The translations under genes and the position numbers were made by a program. A model generated the notes under the pieces. That model was given only the letters and a program-made list of their open reading frames with translations, was not told the DNA's origin and made no database searches. From contig NZ_JANPGP010000070.1 of assembly GCF_031424035.1 (NCBI RefSeq), positions 65,482 through 129,481 of the forward strand: a stretch of 64,000 nucleotides of DNA, in the 5' to 3' direction. The DNA is from Novosphingobium sp. GTDB taxonomy: Bacteria > Pseudomonadota > Alphaproteobacteria > Sphingomonadales > Sphingomonadaceae. Shown here piece by piece: positions 39,057 through 48,746 of this stretch (position 1 is the stretch's first letter; each line of letters begins with the position of its first letter).

Positions 39057-40511
39057 CTATTTCGGCGCGGTCGCCGGCTCCGTCCAGCCGCCCGCCGTGG
39101 CGAGGTAGAGACGCGCCACGTCGATGAACTGCCTTGATCGCGCGTCCAGCATTCCGAGCCGCGCCTGCTGCGCCGTGCGGCTGGCATCGAGCACTTGCAG
39201 CACGCCCGAATTGCCCACCTGAAAGCTGCGCCGCGACAAGTGCAGCGACCGCTCTGCAATGCCCAGCGATTCGCCGCGTAGCGACACGGCGCGGGCATCG
39301 TTGGCCAGCGCGGCGAGCAGGTCCGAAGTCTGTCCGAAAGCTTCCAGCACGGTCTGGCGATAGCGCGCTGCCGCCGCCCGCGCCTCGGCCTCTGCCGCGC
39401 GCTTTTCGGCTTTACGGGTGCCGCCGTCGAAGATCGGCGCGGTCAGCCCGCCAAGCAGGCTGAAGGCGGTGTTCGAGGGGCTGAACAGGTCATCCGGACT
39501 TTTCGCCGATTGCGTGAACGAGGCACCAAGAGTGATGCTGGGATAGAGCCGCGCTTCGGCAACGCCGATCGCCGCAGTTGCCGCGTGGAGCCGCGCTTCG
39601 CTGGCGAGTATATCGGGCCGCTTGTGCACCAGTTCGGAGGGCAGGGTGACCGGCACTTCCTGCGGCAGGCGCAGGCTGGAAACCGATAAGGTCGTTTCGC
39701 CCAGTTCTGATGGTGCGACGCCGAGCAGGATCGCCAGCAAGTTGCGCGCCTCGGCGCGCGCCTGTTCAAGCTGCGGCAGGCCGGCCTGATCGGCGGCGAG
39801 TTCACCTTGTGCGCTGAGCACTTCAACCATCGTACCGTCGCCCCCGCGGCGCTTGGCGTCGGTCAGCTTCACGTTGCGCAAGTCCTCATCAACCAGTGCC
39901 TGCTGCGTGGCGATCCGGTCGTTAAGCGCGGCAATAGTGAGGACCTGCAGGACCACCCGCCCGGCAATCGTCAGGTGTGCGGCTTCAGTTTCGCGCAGCT
40001 GGGTTTCCGCCTCGGCCAGCGCCTTTTCGTTTGCGCGCTTCTGACCGCCGAATAAGTCGAGATCATAGCTGACCCCGCCGCCCAGTGAGAACAACGTAAA
40101 TTCGGGGTTTCCAAAGCCCAGAGCGCCGCCGCTGAGACCGAAGTTCGAGAGGTTGATCTGCTGGTGATTGACCTGCGCTTGACCATTGACCTGCGGCTGG
40201 CTCTTCCCGGCGACTGCCTTCACATATTCAAGGCTGCGGGTCAGTGTCTGGCGGCTGGCTTCAAGACTCTGGTTGCCGGCCAGCGCCTTGTCGACGAGGC
40301 CGTTGAGCTCGGTTGATCCGAACACCTCCCACCAGCGCGCCTGCGGGCCTTGGCCGGGAATGGCAACCGGTGCCTTTCCGCTCTGGAAGGTGCCGGCATA
40401 GCTTCCGGCCGGCGCCACCGGGGCAGCGAAATTCGGGCCGACAGTCTTGCAGCCGGCCAGCGCGGTGAGCGGCAGCAGGGCGATAAGCAGCTTGCGGCAC
40501 ATCGTGGTCAC
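39057..40511 (-). CDS. Outer membrane efflux factor lipoprotein (NodT/OprM-like)
   Basis: Lipobox LAGC followed by TVGPNF; WWEVF, SYDLDLFG, LPSELVHKRPDI, LYLATAGGW. Confidence 0.92.
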   Translation of the reverse strand: MTTMCRKLLIALLPLTALAGCKTVGPNFAAPVAPAGSYAGTFQSGKAPVAIPGQGPQARWWEVFGSTELNGLVDKALAGNQSLEASRQTLTRSLEYVKAVAGKSQPQVNGQAQVNHQQINLSNFGLSGGALGFGNPEFTLFSLGGGVSYDLDLFGGQKRANEKALAEAETQLRETEAAHLTIAGRVVLQVLTIAALNDRIATQQALVDEDLRNVKLTDAKRRGGDGTMVEVLSAQGELAADQAGLPQLEQARAEARNLLAILLGVAPSELGETTLSVSSLRLPQEVPVTLPSELVHKRPDILASEARLHAATAAIGVAEARLYPSITLGASFTQSAKSPDDLFSPSNTAFSLLGGLTAPIFDGGTRKAEKRAAEAEARAAAARYRQTVLEAFGQTSDLLAALANDARAVSLRGESLGIAERSLHLSRRSFQVGNSGVLQVLDASRTAQQARLGMLDARSRQFIDVARLYLATAGGWTEPATAPK

Positions 40512-41596
40512 TTGCCCGATTTCGCCGCCAGCGGTGCATTGGGCGGCGTATCCTTGCCCAGCAGGCGGCGCTGGTGGCCGGTATCGACAGTCACCCCGAC
40601 GCTGAGCCCGGCGTGAAGCGGCAGGTCCTTGGGCAAGCGGTCAACGGCGATTTCGACCGGCAGGCGCTGGGTTACTTTCACCCAGTTGCCGGTGGCGTTT
40701 TCGGCCGGGAGCACGGAGAAACTGTTGCCGGTTCCGGGGCTGAAACTGGCGATCCGGCCGGTCAGTTCCTCATCGGGAAAAGCGTCGATGTGGATGGTCA
40801 CCGGCTGGCCCAGCCGCATGTAGCGAAGCTGATTTTCCTTGAAGTTCGCCTCAACCCAATAACGCGTGCCGGTCATGACGAACAGCGGCTTGCCGGCGGT
40901 GACATAGCTGCCCACCTGCACCTGGTTGACCTTGGTGACGATGCCGTCCTGCGCAGCGCGAACGACTGTGTTTTCCAGCGCGATCCGTGCCGTCTGGACC
41001 ATCGCAGCGGCGCGGCGCGAGGCAGGTTGCGCGGCGGGAGAACCGGCGGGAATCTTGGCGGCGATTGCAGCGGCATGGGCCTGTGCTGCGGCGATGCCGT
41101 CGCTCGCGGTGCGGACGGCCAGCACGGCCTGATCGACTTGAGACTGCGAGGAAATCCCTTCCTTCAGCAGCGATTGCTGCCGCGCGGCCTGCGAGCGAGC
41201 GAAGGCGAGCTGAGCTTGCATCCGGCTCACTTCGGACTGAGCCTGCAAGTAATCGGCGCGGGTGGCGCCGACTTCGGCAATTGCGCCGGAAAGCTGGGCC
41301 TCGGCAGAGGCGAATCCAGCCTGAAAGTCAGACGGATCGATGCGGAACAGTACGTCGCCGGCATGGACGACCTGGTTCTCCTTGACCTCCACCGATACTA
41401 TCTTGCCGCTGACATTGGCGGCAATCATGACCTTGCCGGCCTGCAACTGGGCATTGTCGGTTTCGACATAGCGGCCGCCGGAAAGATAGAACCACAGGCC
41501 GACCGCCGCTGCGATGATAATACCGCCCAGCATCAGCGGACGGCGCAGCCGCGAACTGGACACTTGGGGCTCTGCTACAGGGGCGTTATCGCTCAC
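40508..41596 (-). CDS. HlyD/EmrA-type membrane fusion protein
   Basis: VETDNAQ, WVEANFKE, FSVLPAENATGNWVKVTQRLPV (EmrA signature). Confidence 0.92.
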   Translation of the reverse strand: MSDNAPVAEPQVSSSRLRRPLMLGGIIIAAAVGLWFYLSGGRYVETDNAQLQAGKVMIAANVSGKIVSVEVKENQVVHAGDVLFRIDPSDFQAGFASAEAQLSGAIAEVGATRADYLQAQSEVSRMQAQLAFARSQAARQQSLLKEGISSQSQVDQAVLAVRTASDGIAAAQAHAAAIAAKIPAGSPAAQPASRRAAAMVQTARIALENTVVRAAQDGIVTKVNQVQVGSYVTAGKPLFVMTGTRYWVEANFKENQLRYMRLGQPVTIHIDAFPDEELTGRIASFSPGTGNSFSVLPAENATGNWVKVTQRLPVEIAVDRLPKDLPLHAGLSVGVTVDTGHQRRLLGKDTPPNAPLAAKSGK

Positions 41597-41679
41597 AGGA
41601 ATCTCCGCTGCGCGCTGCCGGGCACGTTGACCGGTCGCAGATACTAAGCAATGCTATAATCAGCAAGAGGGATAGCAGC

Positions 41680-42453
41680 ATGGCTAATGACCGTGTCGTC
41701 GATTTCACGGGAATACACAATTTTCGCGACTACGGCGGCTATGCCGTAGCGGGCGGTGGCGCGGTTCAGCGCGGTCTGCTGTGGCGCTCGGGCCAGCATT
41801 TCGAGGCCAGCGACGAGGACCTTGGCAGGCTCGATTCGCTCGACCTTGCCCACGTCTTCGACCTGCGCAGCGATCGCGAGCGGACGAGCCATCCTTGTCG
41901 GCGACCAGTGCAATTTGGGGCGCAGGTCCATACTATCCCTGATGACTTGGCCAATCAGGCACCGCACGTGTCCTCAGCCCGCCGCGATCCCGAAACGACG
42001 CGGGCGAACATGCTCCGGTCCTATGCCGGGATGCCCTACCGCCCGCTGCTGGTCGCCATGGTGCGCAACATGTTCGATCGATTGGCAAGCGGCGACGGGG
42101 CGAGTCTGGTCAATTGCATGGCAGGCAAGGATCGCACCGGCTTTGCCGTCGCCATGGTGCACCACGCCCTCGGCGTTCATTACGATGACATCGTTACCGA
42201 CTATCTGCTGACAAACACGGCTGGCAACCCTGAAGAGCGCATCGCCGCCGGTCTGCGCTCGGTTAAAAGCTTGCTCGGCAATATCGAACCCGAAGCCCTG
42301 CGCGTGTTGATGAGCGTTGAGCCGGAATATCTCGCAACCGCCTGGCAGGCGATGCAGGACAGCCATGCATCGGTCGATGCCTATCAGGCAGACGTGCTCG
42401 GCGTGGACAATGCCTTGCGCGATCGGCTGCGCGCCGTGCTGATCGAGGGCTAG
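41680..42453 (+). CDS. Protein-tyrosine/lipid phosphatase (PtpB-like)
   Basis: NFRDYGGY, RSG, DLRS, P-loop CMAGKDRTG, DYLLTN. Confidence 0.88.
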   Translation: MANDRVVDFTGIHNFRDYGGYAVAGGGAVQRGLLWRSGQHFEASDEDLGRLDSLDLAHVFDLRSDRERTSHPCRRPVQFGAQVHTIPDDLANQAPHVSSARRDPETTRANMLRSYAGMPYRPLLVAMVRNMFDRLASGDGASLVNCMAGKDRTGFAVAMVHHALGVHYDDIVTDYLLTNTAGNPEERIAAGLRSVKSLLGNIEPEALRVLMSVEPEYLATAWQAMQDSHASVDAYQADVLGVDNALRDRLRAVLIEG

Positions 42454-43322
42454 GCCAGAAAGGACTTCACGTCTGTCAGGAACCTGTCGAGCTGGTCGTG
42501 GTGCAGCCAGTGGCCGGCCTTTTCATATTCGATCACGCGGGCATCCTGAAAGTGCCGGACGCGGCCGTCGTTCTCAGGGTTTGAAGCCCACGAGTCGGCG
42601 CCGTAAAGCAGCAGGAGTGGACAGGTGACGGCTGACCACAGCGTCTCAACATCAGCCTGCGGAATATCGAACGGAGTCCCGACATTCAGGTAATTATCGA
42701 ACTTCCAGCTCCAGGTGCCGTCTTCATTTCGGCTCGCCCCATGAATGGTCAGGTGACGCGCCTGTTCGTCGGACAGGAACCCGTTTTCCGCCTTCATGCG
42801 GGCGTAAGCATGTTCGAGCGTATCATAACGCTTGGGCGTACGGCCTGATGCGGCCCGCTTGTTTTCGATCCACTTGCGCAGATTGTCCGCCACTCCCTGC
42901 GCTTGTCGCTCGGCGAGCATCTGCGGCGACAGGCCAAGCCCCTCGATGTTGACCAGCTTGCGGACCTTGTCCGGATAAAGCCCGGTGAAGCGCGTGACGA
43001 TATTTCCGCCGAGCGAATGGCCGACGATCGTCACCTGCTCATGGCCGAGCGTCTGTACGAACTGGGCGAAGTCATAGACGAAGGCGTGCGCCGAATAGTC
43101 CCCATCGGGTGACCATGCACTGTCGCCGTGCCCGCGCAGGTCGGCGGCGACGACGTGCCAGTCGCGCGACAGCTCCTGCGCAACCCAGTCCCAGGACCGG
43201 CAATGGTCACGCCCGCCATGCTGCAGGATCAGCGGCGGCGCATCGGGGTTTCCCCAGTCGACATAGTGCAACCGCAGGCGCTGCGAGATGAACGAGTTCG
43301 AGGTGGGTCCGGTCGTCAGCAT
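42450..43322 (-). CDS. Alpha/beta-fold hydrolase
   Basis: HGG, DLRGHGDS, GHSLGG nucleophile elbow, AGHWLHHD. Confidence 0.9.
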   Translation of the reverse strand: MLTTGPTSNSFISQRLRLHYVDWGNPDAPPLILQHGGRDHCRSWDWVAQELSRDWHVVAADLRGHGDSAWSPDGDYSAHAFVYDFAQFVQTLGHEQVTIVGHSLGGNIVTRFTGLYPDKVRKLVNIEGLGLSPQMLAERQAQGVADNLRKWIENKRAASGRTPKRYDTLEHAYARMKAENGFLSDEQARHLTIHGASRNEDGTWSWKFDNYLNVGTPFDIPQADVETLWSAVTCPLLLLYGADSWASNPENDGRVRHFQDARVIEYEKAGHWLHHDQLDRFLTDVKSFLA

Positions 43323-43448
43323 GGCCGCACTTGGCCCGGCGAGTGGCCTTGCGTCAATCGCCCGTGTGGAATTGCCGCGCGGGGGACTCGCAATCGCGCG
43401 CCGGGGTAACTATCTGGCCGCAACCGCCTCACTTCAAGGAATCGCCGC

Positions 43449-44405
43449 ATGGCCACCCACAAGACCCGCATGCTGATCATCGGCTCCGGCCCCGCCGGCC
43501 TCTCCGCCGCGATTTATGGCGCGCGCGCCGGTATGGAGCCGATCGTCGTGCAGGGCTTGCAGCCGGGCGGCCAGCTGACCATCACCACCGATGTCGAGAA
43601 CTATCCCGGTTTTCGCGACGTGATCCAGGGTCCGTGGTTGATGCAGGAAATGCAGGCCCAGGCTGAACACGTCGGCACGCGGATGATGTGGGACACCATC
43701 GCCGAGGTCCAGATGGACGGGTCGCCTTTCCGTGCGATCGGCGATGGCGGTGATGTCTATGAAGGCGAAACCTTGGTCATCGCGACTGGCGCGCAGGCCA
43801 AGTGGCTTGGTGTCGAGGGCGAGCAGGAACTCGGCGGCAAAGGCGTGTCCGCCTGCGCGACCTGCGACGGTTTCTTCTATCGCGGCAAGAAGGTCGTGGT
43901 GATCGGCGGCGGCAATACTGCGGTCGAGGAAGCGCTCTACCTTACCAACCATTCGCCCGACGTCACCGTGATCCACCGCCGCGATTCGTTCCGTGCGGAA
44001 AAGATCCTGCAGGACCGGCTTTTCGCCAACGAGAAGGTTTCGGTTGAGTGGAACAAGGCTGTAAAGCGCTTCGTCGGCGATCCGGCGAGCGGCGGCCTGA
44101 CCGGGGTTGAAGTGGTCGATACCATCACTGGCGAGACATCTATTATCCCGACGGACGGCGCTTTTGTGGCCATCGGCCATGCTCCGGCGACAGAATTGTT
44201 CAAGGACAAGCTTGAACTGGACGGCGCAGGCTACATAGTTGTTGACGCCGGTACGCCGAAGACAGCCATTCCGGGTGTGTTTGCTTGCGGTGACGTAATG
44301 GATCACACCTATCGGCAGGCTGTGACCGCTGCCGGAACGGGCTGCATGGCCGCGCTGGACGCAGAGCGTTTCCTCGGCGCGCAGGAATTTATCGGGACTT
44401 ATTGA
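43449..44405 (+). CDS. trxB: Thioredoxin reductase
   Basis: IIGSGPAG, GGQLTITTDVENYPG, CATCDG, GGGNTAVEEA, YRQAVTAAG. Confidence 0.96.
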   Translation: MATHKTRMLIIGSGPAGLSAAIYGARAGMEPIVVQGLQPGGQLTITTDVENYPGFRDVIQGPWLMQEMQAQAEHVGTRMMWDTIAEVQMDGSPFRAIGDGGDVYEGETLVIATGAQAKWLGVEGEQELGGKGVSACATCDGFFYRGKKVVVIGGGNTAVEEALYLTNHSPDVTVIHRRDSFRAEKILQDRLFANEKVSVEWNKAVKRFVGDPASGGLTGVEVVDTITGETSIIPTDGAFVAIGHAPATELFKDKLELDGAGYIVVDAGTPKTAIPGVFACGDVMDHTYRQAVTAAGTGCMAALDAERFLGAQEFIGTY

Positions 44406-45185
44406 TCAGGCGCGCAAGGACTCGAGCACCTGCGCCTCAAGCCAGTCTTGCGCTTCGACATAGGAATGGGTGGCCTCTGCGCAGCGCCTTACGCGGGGGT
44501 CTGATTTATCCCAGCTGGCCTCGAACACCTGCGCGGTCCGGTCGCGGCCGGCGAGCAGGATTGATACTGGCCCGGCGTATGCCTTGAGCTCTCTGGCGAA
44601 GGTCTGGGCCAAAGTGCTTGGCGGCGGTGCAGGTTGCAGCGCTGATTTTAGCGAATCAATCAACTGGCCGATCTTCACGCTGCCGCGCAGCAGGCGCAAG
44701 ATGGCTCTCGGGTCACGCAATCGGCGCAGGTAATGCGCGCGGACGGCCGCTGGCGGGGCGGGGGCAGGTTCATCGCCCTCATCGCCTTCAATGGTCCACG
44801 GGTTCGACAGCACCAGCGCATCGCACCGTGCGTCTTTGGCCAGAACGAGTGCCGTGGCGCCGTCGCAGTTTCCCATGCCAACCACGCGGGTGACCTGCGG
44901 TGCAGCTGCGTGAAGGGCAGCGATGGCAGCAGAAATATCGGCAACGGAATCGCTGAAGCCGGTATTGACGCCCTCAGAGTCACCCACCCCGCGCCGGTCG
45001 AAACGGAACACAGGGAAGCCCGCGCTGGCGATCCGCGCGGCGAATTGGGCCTGCCCGTTCCACGCGCCCGCACGCACTTCATTGCCGCCAGTGACGATCA
45101 GCAAGGCCGTGGGCTCGCCGCCTTCATCAAGCGTGCCGATTAGCTGCGCGCCCTCGCAGTCGAAGGCGATGTGCCGGCGGTTCAT
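44406..45185 (-). CDS. Hydrolase 1, exosortase A system-associated (Cys-nucleophile alpha/beta fold)
   Basis: ATG at 45185; IVTGGNEVRAG, FRFDRRGVGDSEG, GMGNCDGA, LSNPW, HYLRRL; locus context. Confidence 0.8.
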   Translation of the reverse strand: MNRRHIAFDCEGAQLIGTLDEGGEPTALLIVTGGNEVRAGAWNGQAQFAARIASAGFPVFRFDRRGVGDSEGVNTGFSDSVADISAAIAALHAAAPQVTRVVGMGNCDGATALVLAKDARCDALVLSNPWTIEGDEGDEPAPAPPAAVRAHYLRRLRDPRAILRLLRGSVKIGQLIDSLKSALQPAPPPSTLAQTFARELKAYAGPVSILLAGRDRTAQVFEASWDKSDPRVRRCAEATHSYVEAQDWLEAQVLESLRA

Positions 45186-45862
45186 GCCTTGATCCCAACG
45201 GTGATGATCGCGGCCAGCGCATCGGCCTGCGCTGGCGCTTCGCCCGGTTCGGCGCGGAGCCACAGCGCGCCGCCGCCCAGCATGTCCTGCCCGATGATCG
45301 TCTGCTCGGTTTCCTCGGGCGGCATCGCGGCCTGAAGGTCGGCGATCATGGCTGCGGAAAGCTGGTAGCCCGCAAGTTCGAGCCCTTCAGCCAGACCCTG
45401 TTCGAGCAATCCGCCCTGCGTTTCCTCGCGGCCGGCCTCGCGAGATGACAGGATTCGCATCCGCAGCATTTGCCGCAGGATCGTCGCGCCGCCCGTTGGG
45501 GCATAGCGCCAGCCGGGGAGCGAGCGCGGCACCACCAGCGCGCCGCCGCGGATGGCCAGCACACGCGTAGCGCGGAATTCGCGCGCGGCGGCAACCATTG
45601 CGTGCTGCCAGTGGCCGAGGTTCAGCTCGCCAAGCGCTTGCAGACTTTCATTGCAGCCAGGCAGGTCCGGAAGCAGCGAATCAATGCCAGCATGGTCGAG
45701 CCGCCGCATGACTTCCACCGTCAGGCGGCGCAGGCGATTGGCTTCATCGAACAGGGACGGGATCACCAGCAGCCGGTCGGCCCGCCCCTGGTCAAAGCTG
45801 AGCGCAAATTCGGCGATTGCCTCACCGCCCGCTTGCACGACCTGATAGGTCGCCGGCGTCAT
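45182..45862 (-). CDS. Hydrolase 2, exosortase A system-associated (alpha/beta-fold-like)
   Basis: LFDEANRLRR, PDLPGCNES, LAIRGGAL, ELAGYQL, LWLR. Confidence 0.75.
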   Translation of the reverse strand: MTPATYQVVQAGGEAIAEFALSFDQGRADRLLVIPSLFDEANRLRRLTVEVMRRLDHAGIDSLLPDLPGCNESLQALGELNLGHWQHAMVAAAREFRATRVLAIRGGALVVPRSLPGWRYAPTGGATILRQMLRMRILSSREAGREETQGGLLEQGLAEGLELAGYQLSAAMIADLQAAMPPEETEQTIIGQDMLGGGALWLRAEPGEAPAQADALAAIITVGIKA

Positions 45863-46122
45863 TCGCCCGCGCGTTTCGCCTCGGCGAAGGCGAGTAGCGA
45901 ACCATAGGTTTCAAGCAGTTCACCATCGATTTCGTCATCATCGATGATAAAGCCAAGGCGATCTTCCATTTCGGTCAGCAGGCCGGCTACCGACATCGAA
46001 TCGAGTTCGGGCAAATGGCCGAACAGCCCGGTATCGGCGTCGAACGCGGCAACCTGCTCGGCCTTTAGGCCCAGCACGTCGGCAAGGATACGGCGCAATT
46101 CCCGGTCGGTCTTGGTGCTCAT
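45859..46122 (-). CDS. Acyl carrier protein
   Basis: Acidic, about 87 aa, phosphopantetheine site ELDSMSV; start may be 46122 or 46137. Confidence 0.88.
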   Translation of the reverse strand: MSTKTDRELRRILADVLGLKAEQVAAFDADTGLFGHLPELDSMSVAGLLTEMEDRLGFIIDDDEIDGELLETYGSLLAFAEAKRAGE

Positions 46123-46165
46123 GTCTTCCCCGAACATAGCGTGCCGCGAAGCGGTGGCGCGGCCT

Positions 46166-47179
46166 CTACCCATGCTTTGCCCCCGCTGCAAGGCGGCGCA
46201 GCGCGATCTTGGTCATAGGCAGCCAGTTTTGCGGCCAAGCGGGCCGGAACATCGTGAGCCGGTAACGTGGGCGCACGACTTCCATCCAGTCGCGTTTGTA
46301 GCCATCGTTGCCGGTGCCGAAGTCCACAAGCGTGACCCGGTCGCGGTCGATCACACGTTCAAACAGCGTGGCGCTGAGGGTCGTTCCGGGGGACAGCGGC
46401 TTTGACGCTTCGGTGTGGGCGAGTTTGTGGATGAAGGCCGTGCCGCCTTCCACCGTCCAGAACTGCGCGGCGACCGGCTCGCCTTCATGACGGGCTATGG
46501 CCATGCGCAGGCGACCGGCGGAACCTTCTTCTTCGGCAAAGCGGCGCAGGAATGGCGGCGAGCCTTCTTCAGGTTTCCAGCTTTGCGCGTAAACCGTTTC
46601 ATAGGCTGCCCAGGCGTCAGCATCGAAATGGTCGAACAATTCAACCGCAACCTTGCCGCCCTTGCGTTTGAGCGTGGTGCGGAGCTGGCCGGGGCGCGAG
46701 GCGAGGTATTCGGCGAAGCTTCGGCCGCTGACCGGCAGTACGTGGTTTACGTCGCTCTGCTCACGGAACACCGCCCAGCCGGCCTTGCGGAAGCTTGCCT
46801 CGACCAGGTCGGTCTCGCCGTTCTCGTTCGGCAGCGGCGAAAGCTCGATATGCGGAGCCTGTCCCGCCAGATCGGCAGCGAGTGCGGTTAGCAGTGCGGC
46901 CTCGTCCGCGCCCTTGGTGAACAGCGGGCGCACGCGGAAGGCATACCAATTGGCCAGCGCAAGGATCGACCGCTGGCGGCGCATCAGGCCGAGGACGGCG
47001 CGCTGATCGCCGCTGCGGGTAACGGCGATCAGGGGGAGGATATCGCAAGTTTCGGCCAGGTTCTGCCACCAGGCCAAACGATCGAAAGGGGCGCAAGACT
47101 GCGCCTCGCCCAGCAACTCCGACAACGGAGCATCTGCTTGGACTTCCTTAAGATCATCGTGATAGGTAACCACGATCAC
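46166..47179 (-). CDS. GNAT (CelD/BcsL, Acetyltransf_6-like) acyltransferase
   Basis: SFAEYLA, QSWK, VAAQFW, HKLAH...SPGTTL, DFGTGNDGYKRDW; probable GTG start at 47179 after GAGGGG. Confidence 0.8.
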   Translation of the reverse strand: MIVVTYHDDLKEVQADAPLSELLGEAQSCAPFDRLAWWQNLAETCDILPLIAVTRSGDQRAVLGLMRRQRSILALANWYAFRVRPLFTKGADEAALLTALAADLAGQAPHIELSPLPNENGETDLVEASFRKAGWAVFREQSDVNHVLPVSGRSFAEYLASRPGQLRTTLKRKGGKVAVELFDHFDADAWAAYETVYAQSWKPEEGSPPFLRRFAEEEGSAGRLRMAIARHEGEPVAAQFWTVEGGTAFIHKLAHTEASKPLSPGTTLSATLFERVIDRDRVTLVDFGTGNDGYKRDWMEVVRPRYRLTMFRPAWPQNWLPMTKIALRRLAAGAKHG

Positions 47180-47210
47180 TTGATACGTACCCCTCGGAGA
47201 CTGTTCACTA

Positions 47211-48746
47211 GTGTCTACCTCGCTGCCTTCCACCATCCTTCCGCTCGACCATCTTGCCCTCAGGGGCGAGGAGGATGCGGCGGCGCTGGTGCTGCGCGGT
47301 GAGATGCTTAGCTACAAGGACTTAAGATCGCGTATCTCGCGCCTTGCGGCCTGGCTCGCGGCGCAGGTGCCCGAAAAAGGCGCGCGGGTGGCGACCTGGG
47401 CGGCCAAGGGTGAGCTGACCTGCCTGATGCCGCTCGCTGCGGCCCGGGCTGGTCTCGTCCACGTTCCCGTTAACCCACTGCTGAAGCGGGCGCAGGTTGC
47501 GCACATCCTTGCCGATAGCGGCACGCGGTTGCTGATCGGCTCGCCCGCGCGGTTGCAGACGCTTGAGGATGGGGATGCTGCGGGGGCGGTGCTTGTTAGT
47601 GAGAGCGAGGCGCTTGAACAGGCGGCGGCTTTCGGCGGCAATCTCGCACCATCGCAGGCTGATCCGAACGAACTGGCAGCCATTCTTTATACGTCTGGGT
47701 CCACGGGTCGGCCCAAGGGCGTGATGCTCAGCCACGCAAATATGTGGCTGGGGGCGGAAAGTGTCGCTTCCTATCTCGGGCTTGCGGCTGATGATGTGAC
47801 CCTGGCGGTCCTGCCGCTGTCGTTCGACTACGGTCAGAATCAGCTGCTTTCAACGTGGTACGCCGGTGGGTCGGTCGTCCTGCTCGATTACCTTACGCCG
47901 CGCGATGTGGTGAAGTCGGTCGAGCGCAATGGTGTGACCACGCTGGCAGCCGTGCCGCCGCTGTGGGTGCAATTGGCCGAACTGGATTGGCCGCCAGAAA
48001 CTGCGGCAAAGCTTCGCCGGATGACGAATTCGGGTGGTGCGCTGACTGAAGACCTTGTTCGCCGCCTGCGTGGCCAGTTCCCGCAAGCGCGCCTGTTTGC
48101 CATGTACGGCCTAACCGAAGCCTTCCGTTCGACTTTCCTCGATCCCGCTTTGATTGACAGCCACCCGACATCAATGGGCAAGGAAATCCCCCACGCGGAG
48201 ATCCTCGTGATTGGCGACGATGGTGAAGTCACTGTGGATGGCGAGGAAGGCGAGCTCGTCCACTGCGGGCCGCTGGTGGCGCAGGGCTACTGGCAAGACG
48301 CCGAACGAACCGCCGAACGCTACAAGGCAGCTCCTGCGGCCTCGCGATATGGCGGCATGGCGGTGTGGTCCGGTGACCGGGTGAAGCGCGATGCCGACGG
48401 CCTGCTGTATTTTGTCGGGCGGCGTGATGCGATGATCAAGAGCGCGGGTAACCGGATCAGCCCGCAGGAAGTCGAAGAGGCGGCGCTCGCCACCGGCCTT
48501 GTCGCTGAAGCGGTGGCGCTGGGCGTGAAAGATGCGCGGCTGGGTCAAGTGGTGCATTTGGTTGCCAGACCAGCTCCCGGAATTTCAGACTTCAGGGAAG
48601 AATTGCCGCGTAAACTTATGCAGAATTTGCCGAATTTCATGCAGCCCAAAGTCATTCACTGGCGCGATGCCATGCCGATCAGTCCCAATGGCAAGATTGA
48701 CCGAGCGGGTCTGGCGCATGAACTCCAGCAAGCAGAAGCCGCGTGA
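47211..48746 (+). CDS. AMP-forming acyl/aminoacyl ligase, exosortase A system-associated
   Basis: YTSGSTGRPKG, LSFDYG, MYGLTEAFR, SGD, GRRDAMIK, PNGKIDR. Confidence 0.88.
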   Translation: MSTSLPSTILPLDHLALRGEEDAAALVLRGEMLSYKDLRSRISRLAAWLAAQVPEKGARVATWAAKGELTCLMPLAAARAGLVHVPVNPLLKRAQVAHILADSGTRLLIGSPARLQTLEDGDAAGAVLVSESEALEQAAAFGGNLAPSQADPNELAAILYTSGSTGRPKGVMLSHANMWLGAESVASYLGLAADDVTLAVLPLSFDYGQNQLLSTWYAGGSVVLLDYLTPRDVVKSVERNGVTTLAAVPPLWVQLAELDWPPETAAKLRRMTNSGGALTEDLVRRLRGQFPQARLFAMYGLTEAFRSTFLDPALIDSHPTSMGKEIPHAEILVIGDDGEVTVDGEEGELVHCGPLVAQGYWQDAERTAERYKAAPAASRYGGMAVWSGDRVKRDADGLLYFVGRRDAMIKSAGNRISPQEVEEAALATGLVAEAVALGVKDARLGQVVHLVARPAPGISDFREELPRKLMQNLPNFMQPKVIHWRDAMPISPNGKIDRAGLAHELQQAEAA

